Source: Paecilomyces variotii
Lineage: Eukaryota
NCBI GenBank assembly: GCA_004022145.1
Contig: RCNU01000001.1
Reading direction: 5' to 3' (one strand)
Length of the DNA: 64,000 nucleotides
Shown here piece by piece: positions 53,483 to 64,000 of this stretch. The number at the start of each line of letters is the position of its first letter. The stretch's first letter is position 1. The notes beneath the pieces were generated by a model. It was not told where the DNA came from, ran no database searches, and saw nothing but the letters and a program-made list of their open reading frames with translations. Position numbers and translations under genes: made by a program.

Positions 53483-54317
53483 GCTTTACGTCACTGGCTG
53501 AGAGACAGCTGATTCGTGACGGAGTTAGATATTTAGACGGGAGGCCGGGAATACGAAATCGTTGTAGTAATGAGGGTTGAAGCGATTAGAACGACCGTAA
53601 GGACATTGGAGAGAGAAACAAATATCAATGGCTGTCAGATGATGCTGAGTATCCCTTTCTCTCTCTTGTGCCCCGCTCGAAGGCGGGCTCAGATTAGATA
53701 GCAATAGCATGGTTCGTGTAACGACAGTAGTAACGCCAGTACGGGAGGTAACAAAACAGACTGTCGATTAATTAAACCCCATAGGTACGACCACAGATAG
53801 AAGGTGCGTCTGTTTGATTTGTATCTGTACAGAATGCCAGATGAGATAGTGAGCACAGACAACCACTAAAGTACTAATTAAATCACTGGGGTGCAAGAAT
53901 TGCTGATCTGGTAGTTGTACTGTATGTATGTACTGTATGGAGCGTCATACCAGAATCTGTAACGGATTTAACAAGGCACGTAATTTATACGACCGCGGCT
54001 AAGATCAGAGCGTCTTTTATTTGCTCCGCCAACCACATCGAGAGGGTGTTGCATTGCTATAACACCTTGGACGCAAGTCAAATGGACATTGTGTTGTCCG
54101 TCTCAATGAATACTCTAGTATAGAAGCAGACTTGATCTGAGATCGGCAGCGATCTTGTTTTCTCTTTGCAGTTGTTCGTGTCCATCCCTGGGGTATGCGA
54201 TGGTCTTGTTTTTCTGGGGATATAAGCGATTCTCTCTTTCGTATCTAATCGAATCTTTCAGAGCAAGTGTCGCGCATCGTATGTGCGTGAGGTAGGTTTG
54301 ACGTGTCCTGACTCCAA

Positions 54318-56642
54318 ATGGCTCGCGCGCGCAGATCTGGTCGCCTATCTGGTGCAAGAACCAAATATACGGATGATCCGTTCGAACTCGCCGGAATCAG
54401 CGGAGAGTCTGGCTCCGAGGACCAAGAGAAGAGGTCAGCGAGTAAAGGAGAAAGGAGGGCAGCGCGAGATGACTCTTCAGATGAAGACTTTGCCGAATCG
54501 GGAGACGATGTTGAAAACTATGAAGATGAGGAGGACGACGACAATACAGAGGCCGATGTTGGGACCTCACCTCCTGGAACTGAAGTGTTCGACGAAGACG
54601 AAGAAATGATTGATGGTGATGAGAGACCTGTTCGAAAAGTGGTCTCAGCGAGGAACTTTCGATCGAAGAAGAGGAAACCAGATGGCGCAGTCGATGTTCG
54701 CCCAGAAGATACGCATTCTCGCGGTATCTGGAACGCTACCGAGCACGTTGGCAAGTCTACCCATATCAAGTTGGTTTTCGGAACAGACGATCGTGACCGT
54801 CTGGCAATGGCGTATGCCAGAGATCGATGGTTTCGTGGTATTGACTCTGGTTTTCCAACTCGCACGTCTTTGGATGAAGCCCAGACGATGTCCAGTTATG
54901 GATACGGGCCTACATTCGGTATCCACCCAGATGATGCAGAAAGAGAGGCAACTACTGGGTGGGACTGGTATTACCAGGAAGATATTGGTGGGAGATTCCG
55001 AAAAAGACAGCGCGTTGAGAAGATCCAGGAGGAGGATGCGCGGAGCCAATATCTACCGCGCGCAGGTCAACGGAAACACACTGTTATGGTTGGTCCGACC
55101 GATGCCAGGAAGACATACGAGTTGGGACAGTTCGAGGTACTTAATTTCGGTGATGCATGGGGTGAAGCCAAAGCTCGGAACAAGAAAGGAGCAGCAACTT
55201 CCGAAGATTCTGAATCTCGAGCGTCTTCTTCCCGCGCATCAGCCGCTTCTGACAAATCTTCTGGGAAGAAGAAGATGAGAGAAGGGTGGATTCTTAATCT
55301 GGGGAATAAAATCCAATGTCTGGCCTGGGCACCGAACCAATCTGGTCTCACACAATATCTGGCTATTGTTGTGCCCATAACTCAGGAACAGAAGGACGCA
55401 TATCCCAAACCAACAGAGCCAAAGGGTGCCCCAGCGTTTACACCTTCAGAGGGAACACCTGCGGCCTTGCAGATTTGGGCGTTCAAGGCCAGGAAAGGTG
55501 ATTCATTTACAAGGGAACTTGACACGAGTGTACGACCTAAGCTGCGGATGGTTATATGTACCGATTGGGGCGATCTAAGGCGCATACACTGGTGTCAGAT
55601 GCCACGCCAGAGCAGGGAGGAAGATGATGAAGACGTCTCTAAGAACCTTGGGCTTCTGGCCGGCGTATGGGCGGACGGTAGGGTAAGAGTACTTGATATC
55701 AAGCTGAGTCGGAATCCAGATTCGACCGAATTCTGTGAGTACAACGGAGGGATATACGCGAAAGTGTCTCAGACTAACACCAGCATAGACAAGATGCATT
55801 CGCCCGCCTTTGAGTCGAAGCCTCCTTCAACGATCTGTACATGTATGACTTGGTTGTCTCCTACGGATATTGCTGTCGGTTGCGCAAATGGTTTCCTCGC
55901 AGTATGGAGCATCTTGCCCGCCCAGGATGAAAAGCCGGGGACGGAAGCGCTGCCTTACATCTACCAGCGGTATCATACAACTTACGTTCTGAGCGTCGAC
56001 TCCGCCTATCCAACACATGCACATCTCGTGGCGACCACGTCCATGGATGGAGAGACACGACTATCGTCTCTTCTGGACCATCAAAAGGATACGGTAGAGA
56101 CCACCCGAATGCGGATGGGCTCCGCACAGCTCTCATACTCTCCGTTCCTTCAAGCTTTCTTCTCGAGTGACGAGAATGATTTCGCACGGCTGCTGGCTGT
56201 CCGACGCTTCTTTTCAACGACAGCTGTAGCAAGATTGCCCAGTACTGTGACTGCGCTGGCGCAATGCAGCTCTTGGCACCCATCTGCCTTGTTGGGATGC
56301 GCGAGCGGCTCTGTGATTGCCGCAAATCCGTTGAGAAGACTGCTCTATGCCAAAGAGAAGCATTGGCAACAAACCTGGTTTGCACACGAATGGGTGTCTG
56401 GCAAAAGCGACGATAGCTCGGGTATCAGTAGGTTCCACGATGGATTCAAAGCCGAAAGCGTTAGTCTGCTTCGAAACTTGATGGGAGACCGAAAATTAAT
56501 CAATGGAACAATGATCATCACGATCTACGATGAGCCTACGCACGTCACGGCATTATCTTGGAATCTCAACCAGAGATGCGCTGGATGGGCCAGTGCAGGG
56601 ATGGGGTGCGGGCTGGTTAGAGTAGAAGATCTCGCAATGTGA
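54318..56642 (+). CDS. TFC6: TFIIIC WD40 subunit (Tfc6/tau91-like)
   Basis: Acidic/basic N-terminus, GWILNLG..IQCLAWAP, IAVGCANGFLAVW, WASAGMGCGLVRVEDL; in-frame intron 55735-55788. Confidence 0.8.
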   Translation: MARARRSGRLSGARTKYTDDPFELAGISGESGSEDQEKRSASKGERRAARDDSSDEDFAESGDDVENYEDEEDDDNTEADVGTSPPGTEVFDEDEEMIDGDERPVRKVVSARNFRSKKRKPDGAVDVRPEDTHSRGIWNATEHVGKSTHIKLVFGTDDRDRLAMAYARDRWFRGIDSGFPTRTSLDEAQTMSSYGYGPTFGIHPDDAEREATTGWDWYYQEDIGGRFRKRQRVEKIQEEDARSQYLPRAGQRKHTVMVGPTDARKTYELGQFEVLNFGDAWGEAKARNKKGAATSEDSESRASSSRASAASDKSSGKKKMREGWILNLGNKIQCLAWAPNQSGLTQYLAIVVPITQEQKDAYPKPTEPKGAPAFTPSEGTPAALQIWAFKARKGDSFTRELDTSVRPKLRMVICTDWGDLRRIHWCQMPRQSREEDDEDVSKNLGLLAGVWADGRVRVLDIKLSRNPDSTEFCEYNGGIYAKVSQTNTSIDKMHSPAFESKPPSTICTCMTWLSPTDIAVGCANGFLAVWSILPAQDEKPGTEALPYIYQRYHTTYVLSVDSAYPTHAHLVATTSMDGETRLSSLLDHQKDTVETTRMRMGSAQLSYSPFLQAFFSSDENDFARLLAVRRFFSTTAVARLPSTVTALAQCSSWHPSALLGCASGSVIAANPLRRLLYAKEKHWQQTWFAHEWVSGKSDDSSGISRFHDGFKAESVSLLRNLMGDRKLINGTMIITIYDEPTHVTALSWNLNQRCAGWASAGMGCGLVRVEDLAM

Positions 56643-57497
56643 TTTCTTTTTGGAACAGTGTTTATTGCTCAGTTTCACAGAAGTCTCGATTTCAGAGTAA
56701 TAATTCCAGGACGGTAGAGGCCTTCCAGGCCCTGTGTCGATGGAGCGGTGGCTGTAGGGATTTCACCTGCCTTGCAGGTTTGGAGAACTCAGGACGGCAG
56801 AAAGCGGGGTCCCTTTGGGGTTATTATAGTAGCAGATGATGTCAAGTCTTAACTACCTAGTTAGTCTAGAAGATAGTTACTAATTTAGTCTATCTAGACA
56901 ACTCAGCGTGATGGAAGAGCGAGCTGTCTGGAGATGATTTTCAGGGGCGCAGCTGTCGGTGTCCAGCCACACTTTAAATCGCCGCCACAGCCTGCACATC
57001 GTCGACTTCTCGTCTCGATCATCGGGCATCAGGTTGCAATGCGATAGGCGATATCTAGACAGGAAAAGCACATGGCCTAGTCTAGGTATCTGCCAATGAC
57101 TAGTTAGCCCTTGGTGTTCCATGAGGCGATGGATACCTAGCGGGGAGTCGTGGCTGGGCCAACGATGGTCTCGCTGATAGCTTTGTTTCCCAGCCTCCAG
57201 ACGACAAAACAAACCCACCGAGCGGATGGATCTCCACGGCGATGAGGGAAACAGCTGGCAAAGCCCCCCAGCCATCGCACATTTGATTGTAGCTATATCA
57301 GAGGCTGGGATCTCTTCCCTTCGTCCCATTGCCAACTAATTTGATCTCTGGCAGATTCGTCCACAAGAGATCTACTGAAGAACTTTAGTCCAGTGGTGCA
57401 TTGATCTTGAGTGCACTGAATTTCTTTTCTTTCTTTCTCTCTTGTTGTTCACTTGGTCTTATTTCCTTGATTCTATACACCAATTATCGAGTTGAAC

Positions 57498-58370
57498 ATG
57501 TATTTCAATACCGCTGCGGTGCTTCTGGCCATTTCATCACTCTCAGCCGCTGTCCCAGTTGCGAACCAGCAGAACGACGCATCTCTTGAGAAGAGATATT
57601 CCGTCGTTGCTGTCGATGGAAGCTCTCAGACCACTTCACCTGTGATTGAGACCAAGACGGTCGCTACCACGAAGTACGTGACGATCTCACCGACTCCAAC
57701 GCCTTTGCCGTACTGGAACAGTACGCAGCCAGTGGGCTACGCTCGTAAAGCCCGCAGAGCATTCAACGCAACATCAAATGAAGCCGCCCCCATACGGAGA
57801 TTGGCGCGTTCCGCTGAATCTGTGAACGGTTCCTCCTGGAACAGCCTTAAGAGCCGCAGCCAGAACGAGACATCAGGCTCTTCCAGTCCGCTTCACATTC
57901 GAAGCACATGGACGGACGGACCCGCAGCTAACTGGACCACAAACGTCCGCGCCAGGAGCTGGAACAGCACGTACCGGGTTCCTGTTTATGTTCCCAAGAT
58001 GGCTCGAGGCGAAGGCGAAGAGGCTGCTAACTGGACTGCGAGTACTCTGGAGGTCAGAAGCGCGAACGCTACTTCTCTGAAAGCTCGCGGCCTCTACAAC
58101 TCGACCGTGGACAACCTGGAGGTCAGAAACTGGAATGCTACCTCTCTCAAGACTCGCGGTTTCTACGACGGTGAAGGCTCGACCAATGCAACTGGCGCCC
58201 ACAAGTTCGAAGTCCGAAGCTGGAATACCACTCGCGCATCTCTTGGAGTTCGGTCTCTGAACAGCTCATCTCCTGTCGACCTTCCACCTCTGCGTCCTCA
58301 GCCGCAGACTTCCGCTGCCCCGGACACCGTCCCTGCTATGTCCAGGCCTCAGTACGAGGGCGGCTATTGA
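57498..58370 (+). CDS. Secreted repetitive glycoprotein / candidate kexin-processed peptide precursor
   Basis: Signal peptide MYFNTAAVLLAISSLSAA, propeptide ending LEKR, Arg-terminated modules, 13 N-x-S/T sequons, no Cys, no TM or GPI tail. Confidence 0.85.
   Translation: MYFNTAAVLLAISSLSAAVPVANQQNDASLEKRYSVVAVDGSSQTTSPVIETKTVATTKYVTISPTPTPLPYWNSTQPVGYARKARRAFNATSNEAAPIRRLARSAESVNGSSWNSLKSRSQNETSGSSSPLHIRSTWTDGPAANWTTNVRARSWNSTYRVPVYVPKMARGEGEEAANWTASTLEVRSANATSLKARGLYNSTVDNLEVRNWNATSLKTRGFYDGEGSTNATGAHKFEVRSWNTTRASLGVRSLNSSSPVDLPPLRPQPQTSAAPDTVPAMSRPQYEGGY
58047..58169 (+). repeat. Intragenic 69-bp-period imperfect duplication
   Basis: CTGGAGGTCAGAAGCGCGAACGCTACTTCTCTGAAAGCTCGCGGCCTCTACAAC (58047) vs CTGGAGGTCAGAAACTGGAATGCTACCTCTCTCAAGACTCGCGGTTTCTACGAC (58116). 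Confidence 0.9.
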
Positions 58371-59205
58371 TAAACGACGACGTGACATATTGACGATCCA
58401 CATGATACATATTATGAAAATGCCTTCCTGCACATACGGACCATGGAGGCGGTTGCATATGCACGGCGCTTGATATTTCTTTACGAATCACTACGGATTA
58501 ATGGATTGAATGTTGGTCCAGATTGAAAAACGCAATTGGGGGACGGTGATAGATATCTTATTTTGACAGCAAAGAACATAGATTGCCATGGTGTATGATT
58601 ACTTTAGATAGAAACCTCGCTTAACGAATAAGCAATGTCAATCAAATAACCGATTTAATGATTAAAAACAGCGATATTTCCATCCGCTGAGCGGCTAAAA
58701 GAACATCTTCAGCCTTGAATTATCAGTCTCAAGTCTCCAACTATCACATAATACGTAATGGAGTACTATCGCCCCTTCTCTAGTAAATCCGCCCGCCTGG
58801 ACAGCATGAACCACCTTCTCTGCTTGAGGATTGATTTGACTCGATGGTAACTATTCGGAACATATATTTGGATATATTGTCAGTGAGAATACTTGCTATA
58901 GGTGCATTAGTTCACAGGGGAAGCGTAAGATACCTACTAATGAATGAGGTCGGGGACGAGGCTAGCGCGGGAGCCGCTGCTGGGCGTTCTAAAGTTACTA
59001 TCAGAGCTCGTGCAACTTCCCGACCCCGGATCCAGATCATAGCCAGTGATTATCGCATGTCCGCTCCGCCTCTTCTGCTTCTTTCAATTCACTAGCATGG
59101 TGACCTGGTAAACTGCGGTCTCCTCAATCCTTTCTCCGTCTTGCGCAACCGTCATTGAAGTGATCCCGAGCGTGTTCCCCTCCCGGAGGTCCCCTCCCAG
59201 CTACA

Positions 59206-62200
59206 ATGGCTACCACCACTTCCACTTCCGAGGAACAGAGCCGCCTGCTCGAGGAGGCTCTGGGAGTGGTACGGCAGCAGTCGCATATGATGCGAAAATG
59301 CTTAGAGACTCCAGGAAAGCTGATGGATGCGCTCAAATGCGGGTGAGTGGGAAGCAGCCGGTCGGACAGCAGGCAGCCAGATTGCGCGATTGCTTACTGA
59401 CAGTCTGTCCATGGAATAGATCTACCTTGGTCTCGGAACTACGAACGCCCAGTTTGGGCCCGAAACAATACTACGAGCTCTACATGGCCGTCTTTGATGC
59501 GTTGCGACACCTGTCCGTCTACCTGCGCGAAAGCCACCCCGTGAATCACCTCGCCGACCTCTACGAGCTGGTCCAATATGCGGGCAACATCATCCCTCGT
59601 CTGTATCTCATGATCACGGTGGGGACGGTCTACATGTCGGTGGAAGATGCCCCGGTCAAGGAGATTATGAAGGATATGATGGAGATGAGCCGCGGTGTGC
59701 AGCACCCCATCCGGGGTCTGTTCCTGAGATACTATCTCTCTGGACAGGCGCGGGATCATCTACCTACCGGATCAGGAGATGGCCCAGAAGGCAACTTGCA
59801 GGACTCGATCAACTTTATCCTGACGAATTTCGTGGAAATGAACAAGTTATGGGTCAGACTACAGCATCAGGGTCCCTCTAGGGAACGGGAGCAGAGAACG
59901 CAGGAGAGACGGGAATTGGAATTGCTGGTTGGCAGCAACATCGTCCGCTTGAGTCAGTTGGTTGACTTAGAAACCTACAAGTCGGTTATTCTGCAACCTC
60001 TCCTGGAACAGGTGGTTCAATGTCGTGATGTTTTGGCACAGGAGTACCTCCTTGAAGGTAAATATCACTTGCTGTTCGGGTATTTTGGATACTAAATCGT
60101 GTCTCTAGTTATCACAAAGGTGTTCCCTGATGAGTACCACCTCCACACTCTGGATCTCATGCTCTCTGCTATCGCGAGGCTTAATCCGCATGTGGATATG
60201 AAGAAGATCGTCATTGGACTCATGGACCGGCTATCATCTTACGCTGCTAGAGAGTCAGAAACAACGGAGGACCCTGCAACCAAACAGAAGGCCGAGGAGG
60301 AAGCTGTCACCAAGCTTCTGGAGAAATTAAAGGTGTCCGAGAAGGCGAAGGGTGACGAGAGCGCAGAGTCTGGTGCTATCCAGGAAAATGGTGCGAAGGC
60401 CGAAGAGCAATCTGAAGCACCGGACGAATCCGAAAAGCCCTCTGAGGAAAAGGCAACGACGAACGGAGTGACCGGTGTAACGAAAACGGGTATTCCGGGC
60501 GACATCAAGCTGTACGAGATATTCTACGAGCAGGTTGTCAATTTGATTAAGACTCGGGGCTTGCCAATACAGGATGCTCTCGCATTGTTGGTATCTCTCG
60601 TTAACCTTGCTCTGTAAGTCACAATCCAAAATCCGCACGATCTGCCCTTACTAACAGCTTATAGGAACATTTATCCCGATCGTCTAGGTAAGGACAAACA
60701 TAAGGTTCTGATTGTGCTCAGCTGACAGCTTTGCTCACTATGTCAATAGAATATGTCGATCAAGTCCTTGAATATGCCATCCAGAAGACGGCTGAGTATG
60801 CCGACCATGCCGACCTTCACTCGACACCAGCACAGCAGAATATTTTGAGCCTCCTCCTTTCTCCCCTCCGATCATATCACTCCATTTTCACAGCACTCAC
60901 CTTGCCCAACTATATACCCCTTCTCTTATCGCAGTCTTATTCTACGCGCAGGTCGGTGGCAGCCGAGGTTGCCCGCAGTATCTTGCGCAACAAGACTCTG
61001 ATCACTACATCCGAGAATCTGGACAGGGTTCTACAGGTGCTGAGGGTTCTGATCAAAGAAGGCACGCAGCAACCGGTGGGATATCCCGGATTGTCATCAC
61101 AGCGTCGTGGAGGGGAGACGGACGAGACGATCGAGGAACAAGGATGGCTTGCCAGGCTGGTGCACCTGATCCAGGGGCCTGATAATGATACCCAATTGAA
61201 AGTGAGCATAGCAACGAGACAACGTGTATGTGAACAATTCTGACGGATTCCATACAGCTCCTCCAGGCAACCCGCAAGGCGTATACAGATGGTGGCGAAC
61301 GCATCCGTTATACTACACCAGCCATCATCACAGCTTCGTTGCGGCTAGCTCGCAAGTTGAAATCCCGGGAGCATTTCGATGACAACTGGCAGGGCCAGTC
61401 TTCGACTCTGTACCGATTCATGCACCAATGTGTTAGTAACCTCTACCAGAGGGTGAACCCCGGCTGTGCCGATCTTGCTCTTCGGCTGTTCGTAATGTGT
61501 GGTGAGATTGCCGACCAGACCGGCTTCGAAGAGTTCAGCTACGAGTTCTTTGCCCAAGCGTTCACAATCTATGAAGACGCTATCAGCGATTCGAGAGCAC
61601 AGTTCCAAGCAGTCTGCATCATCGCGGGCGCTCTTAGTCGAACGAGAGGATTCTCCAAGGAAAATTACGACACTCTGATCACGAAAGCTGCCTTGCACGG
61701 AAGCAAACTGCTCAAGAAGCCCGATCAATGCCGGGCGGTATATCTGGCAAGCCACCTATGGTGGCTCGTTGAGGACGCCCAGAGAGAGGAAGATCCCAAG
61801 AACGTAAGTCGCTTCTCCATTCCTTTTTTTTTTCTCTTTTTGCTATAGATCTCACCAAACTAAAACCGGACTGGACTAACCTGTACAGCTCTACCGCGAT
61901 GGCAAGCGCGTTCTTGAATGTCTCCAGCGCGCTCTCCGCGTCGCCGACGCTTGCATGGACACTGCCGTATCCGTTGAACTCTTCGTCGAGATCCTCAACC
62001 GATACGTGTACTATTTTGATCAAGGCAACGAAACCGTCACGGTCAAGTACCTCAACGGTCTCATCGAACTGATCCACTCGAACCTGCAGACCAACCAAGG
62101 CGAAGCCAATGCCAGCCTGGAGGCCCCGAAACGCCACTTCGAGCGCACTCTGGAGTATATCCGATCGAGAGAATACGAAGGAGTCATCACTGAGGCGCGG

Positions 62201-62206
62201 ACGTGA
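59206..62206 (+). CDS. VPS35: Retromer cargo-recognition subunit Vps35, multi-exon
   Basis: [76 protein letters not shown]; includes a 23-nt exon 60665-60687. Confidence 0.97.
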
Positions 62207-63232
62207 TGAACGCATGCACACCAGTGGAGAGAAAGAGGAGCGCGGGAGGAAGTAAGTTGAAATAATCCGTATATGCATCGTGTATGTTATGACGGGTGAC
62301 GGTAGAGAGGAGAGCAGGCAGAAGATGACAGCGATGTAAAATGCAGCGTGAATGATATTCTAACAGAGCCAACCAAAGACCCTTTTTTCTTTTTCCTTTT
62401 CCCCTCTTTTTCCAGAACCTAGGTATTTTATACTAGCAGTGTACTATGCATTGAATATAATGCGATCGCAATTATACCAGCCTCTTCAAGTATCAATGTA
62501 CGATGTTCATCTCACCTTCCTCCTTCTAGCGAGACGCATTTGATGCAAGTATGTCTTATCCGCCTCTTATCTACCTCCACAACACGCCACTATTACAGAA
62601 TATTTAGGTATACTACCTCCCCAAGCAATTTACGTGGAGAATACGCAAAGGGACATCGGAAGTGCAAAATGGAAGATGAGAAGTAAAGGCATCCTAGAAC
62701 AACCATCCCATATCTGGTTGTCTGAGTGCCCTGTATCAATGTTCATTTGTCATTGGCTTCATGAGGAGTAAAGAAAAAGCCCTGCCCCTTTTTTTCCTGC
62801 AAAAAAAAAGGAACAAAGCAAGAGAAACTCGACAAAACAGAGCGTAGCCTCTTCCGGGCTACATACAATACACGGGGACATCAGGGTAAAGCATAGAGAA
62901 CAAAGCACTCGATACGGGGGTCGAGGAAGAAGACAAACGCGTACGCCCTTCGTACAGGTAGTATGATGATTCGTGAATATCAGGACATGCAATTGCTGAT
63001 CACGGAGTTTACGCTTCTCCATGGGAATCGCTGCATAACTGTGAATGGGCATACATAACAAGATTAGGAAGGAAGACGCAGGAACCAGACAACTAGAGTA
63101 ATCGAACAGAACAGAACAGAGGTAAACTCAGGATGACGACGCCACGGTGCTCCGGAAAACAAAACCAGACAAGCAACCGAAATGCATGAGAAAGAAAAGC
63201 AGCCAGATCAGCTGTGGTGAATAAGAATAAGC

Positions 63233-64000
63233 TTAGAAGCCCGCCGTCGGTGAAGAAAACTGCCTCCCAGCTGTGCCAATACCGCCAAATGCGGGCAGGC
63301 TGTGGCTAGGGACTGGGCTACCGATATCTCCAGGGACGATACTGCCCCGATGCCCCGGTAGAGAACTGTTGTTGTCTGGCTCGAATTTTACAGACTTGCC
63401 GTTCTCACCTTCATCTTTGATGATGAAAGTGCCACCACCGTTCTGGTGGTTGCCTTCCGTATCACAGATGTCCAACATTTCCGCCAGAGAAATTGGAGGC
63501 TCGTTCGGAGGTCTCAGTTGATCAACCTGCGTCAAGATTCGGTTGACATGGTGGAAGCCTGCTGTTCCCTTGGACGTAGGACTCAATGTATTAAGCTGCT
63601 TGCAAGCCTGGATGACAAGCAGCCGAATAGTGACAGGACGAGACGTATGAGCGCGATGATGTCCACCAATCCCAAATGCGTTACTTGTCCAACCGCTCCC
63701 TATTTCCTGTTAGCATTTTATGCACGACAACCAACACAGCGGTTGACTAACCTGGTCCAGCTCCCCATGATTGAGCTCCTGGGAAAGCAGTCCCGAAGGG
63801 TAACTGCGGCGCCCAGGTGCTTGAACTACCGGGGAGGCTCGGGTGTTTGGGTGCTACCAGGAGTTGTCAGTACATCTCTTTGGAAGGCGTATATCGACTT
63901 GGACACTTACCGCTAAGAGGATCCGCGAAGAACGGCGATCCCCCAAAGCTCGCACGCGCAGGACCTTGGAATGGTCCCGGAATGGCGCTGACACCCGGAA
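63233..64000 (-). CDS. NST1: 3' part of stress-response protein Nst1 (gene continues beyond the window)
   Basis: Last exons encode [19 protein letters not shown]...[19 protein letters not shown]...GDIGSP, which I recognise as the Eurotiales Nst1 C-terminus; two introns visible. Confidence 0.8.

Overview
Eukaryotic, intron-containing DNA from a filamentous ascomycete. The GT..CTRAC..YAG introns and recognisable orthologues point to Eurotiales (Aspergillus/Paecilomyces-like); the species cannot be fixed from sequence alone. I reconstructed about 26 protein-coding genes, mostly housekeeping: TVP18, NTF2, U2SURP/SR140, a FucP-like MFS transporter, a PQ-loop transporter, Ish1/Msc1, DAP1, TMA7, PRP4 kinase, a Ran1/Vhs1-like kinase, an SDR, an IZH/PAQR receptor, TRAPPC12-like, DPM1, a DUF1749 hydrolase, TFC6, VPS35 and the 3' end of NST1. 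No tRNA, rRNA, CRISPR array or intact transposon was recognised. The most interesting signal is an intronless secreted protein (57498-58370) built of 13 mostly Arg-terminated modules, each carrying exactly one N-glycosylation sequon, a candidate kexin-processed glycopeptide precursor. Also notable: an intronless Uma2/PD-(D/E)xK-like nuclease-fold gene (43868-44770), a long structured TVP18 intron, a PTS2-bearing SDR, a type II membrane protein with PY motifs and luminal KR sites, and a 6.2 kb gene-free tract upstream of the kinase. Family assignments come from motif recognition by eye, not database searches, and exon boundaries are manual.
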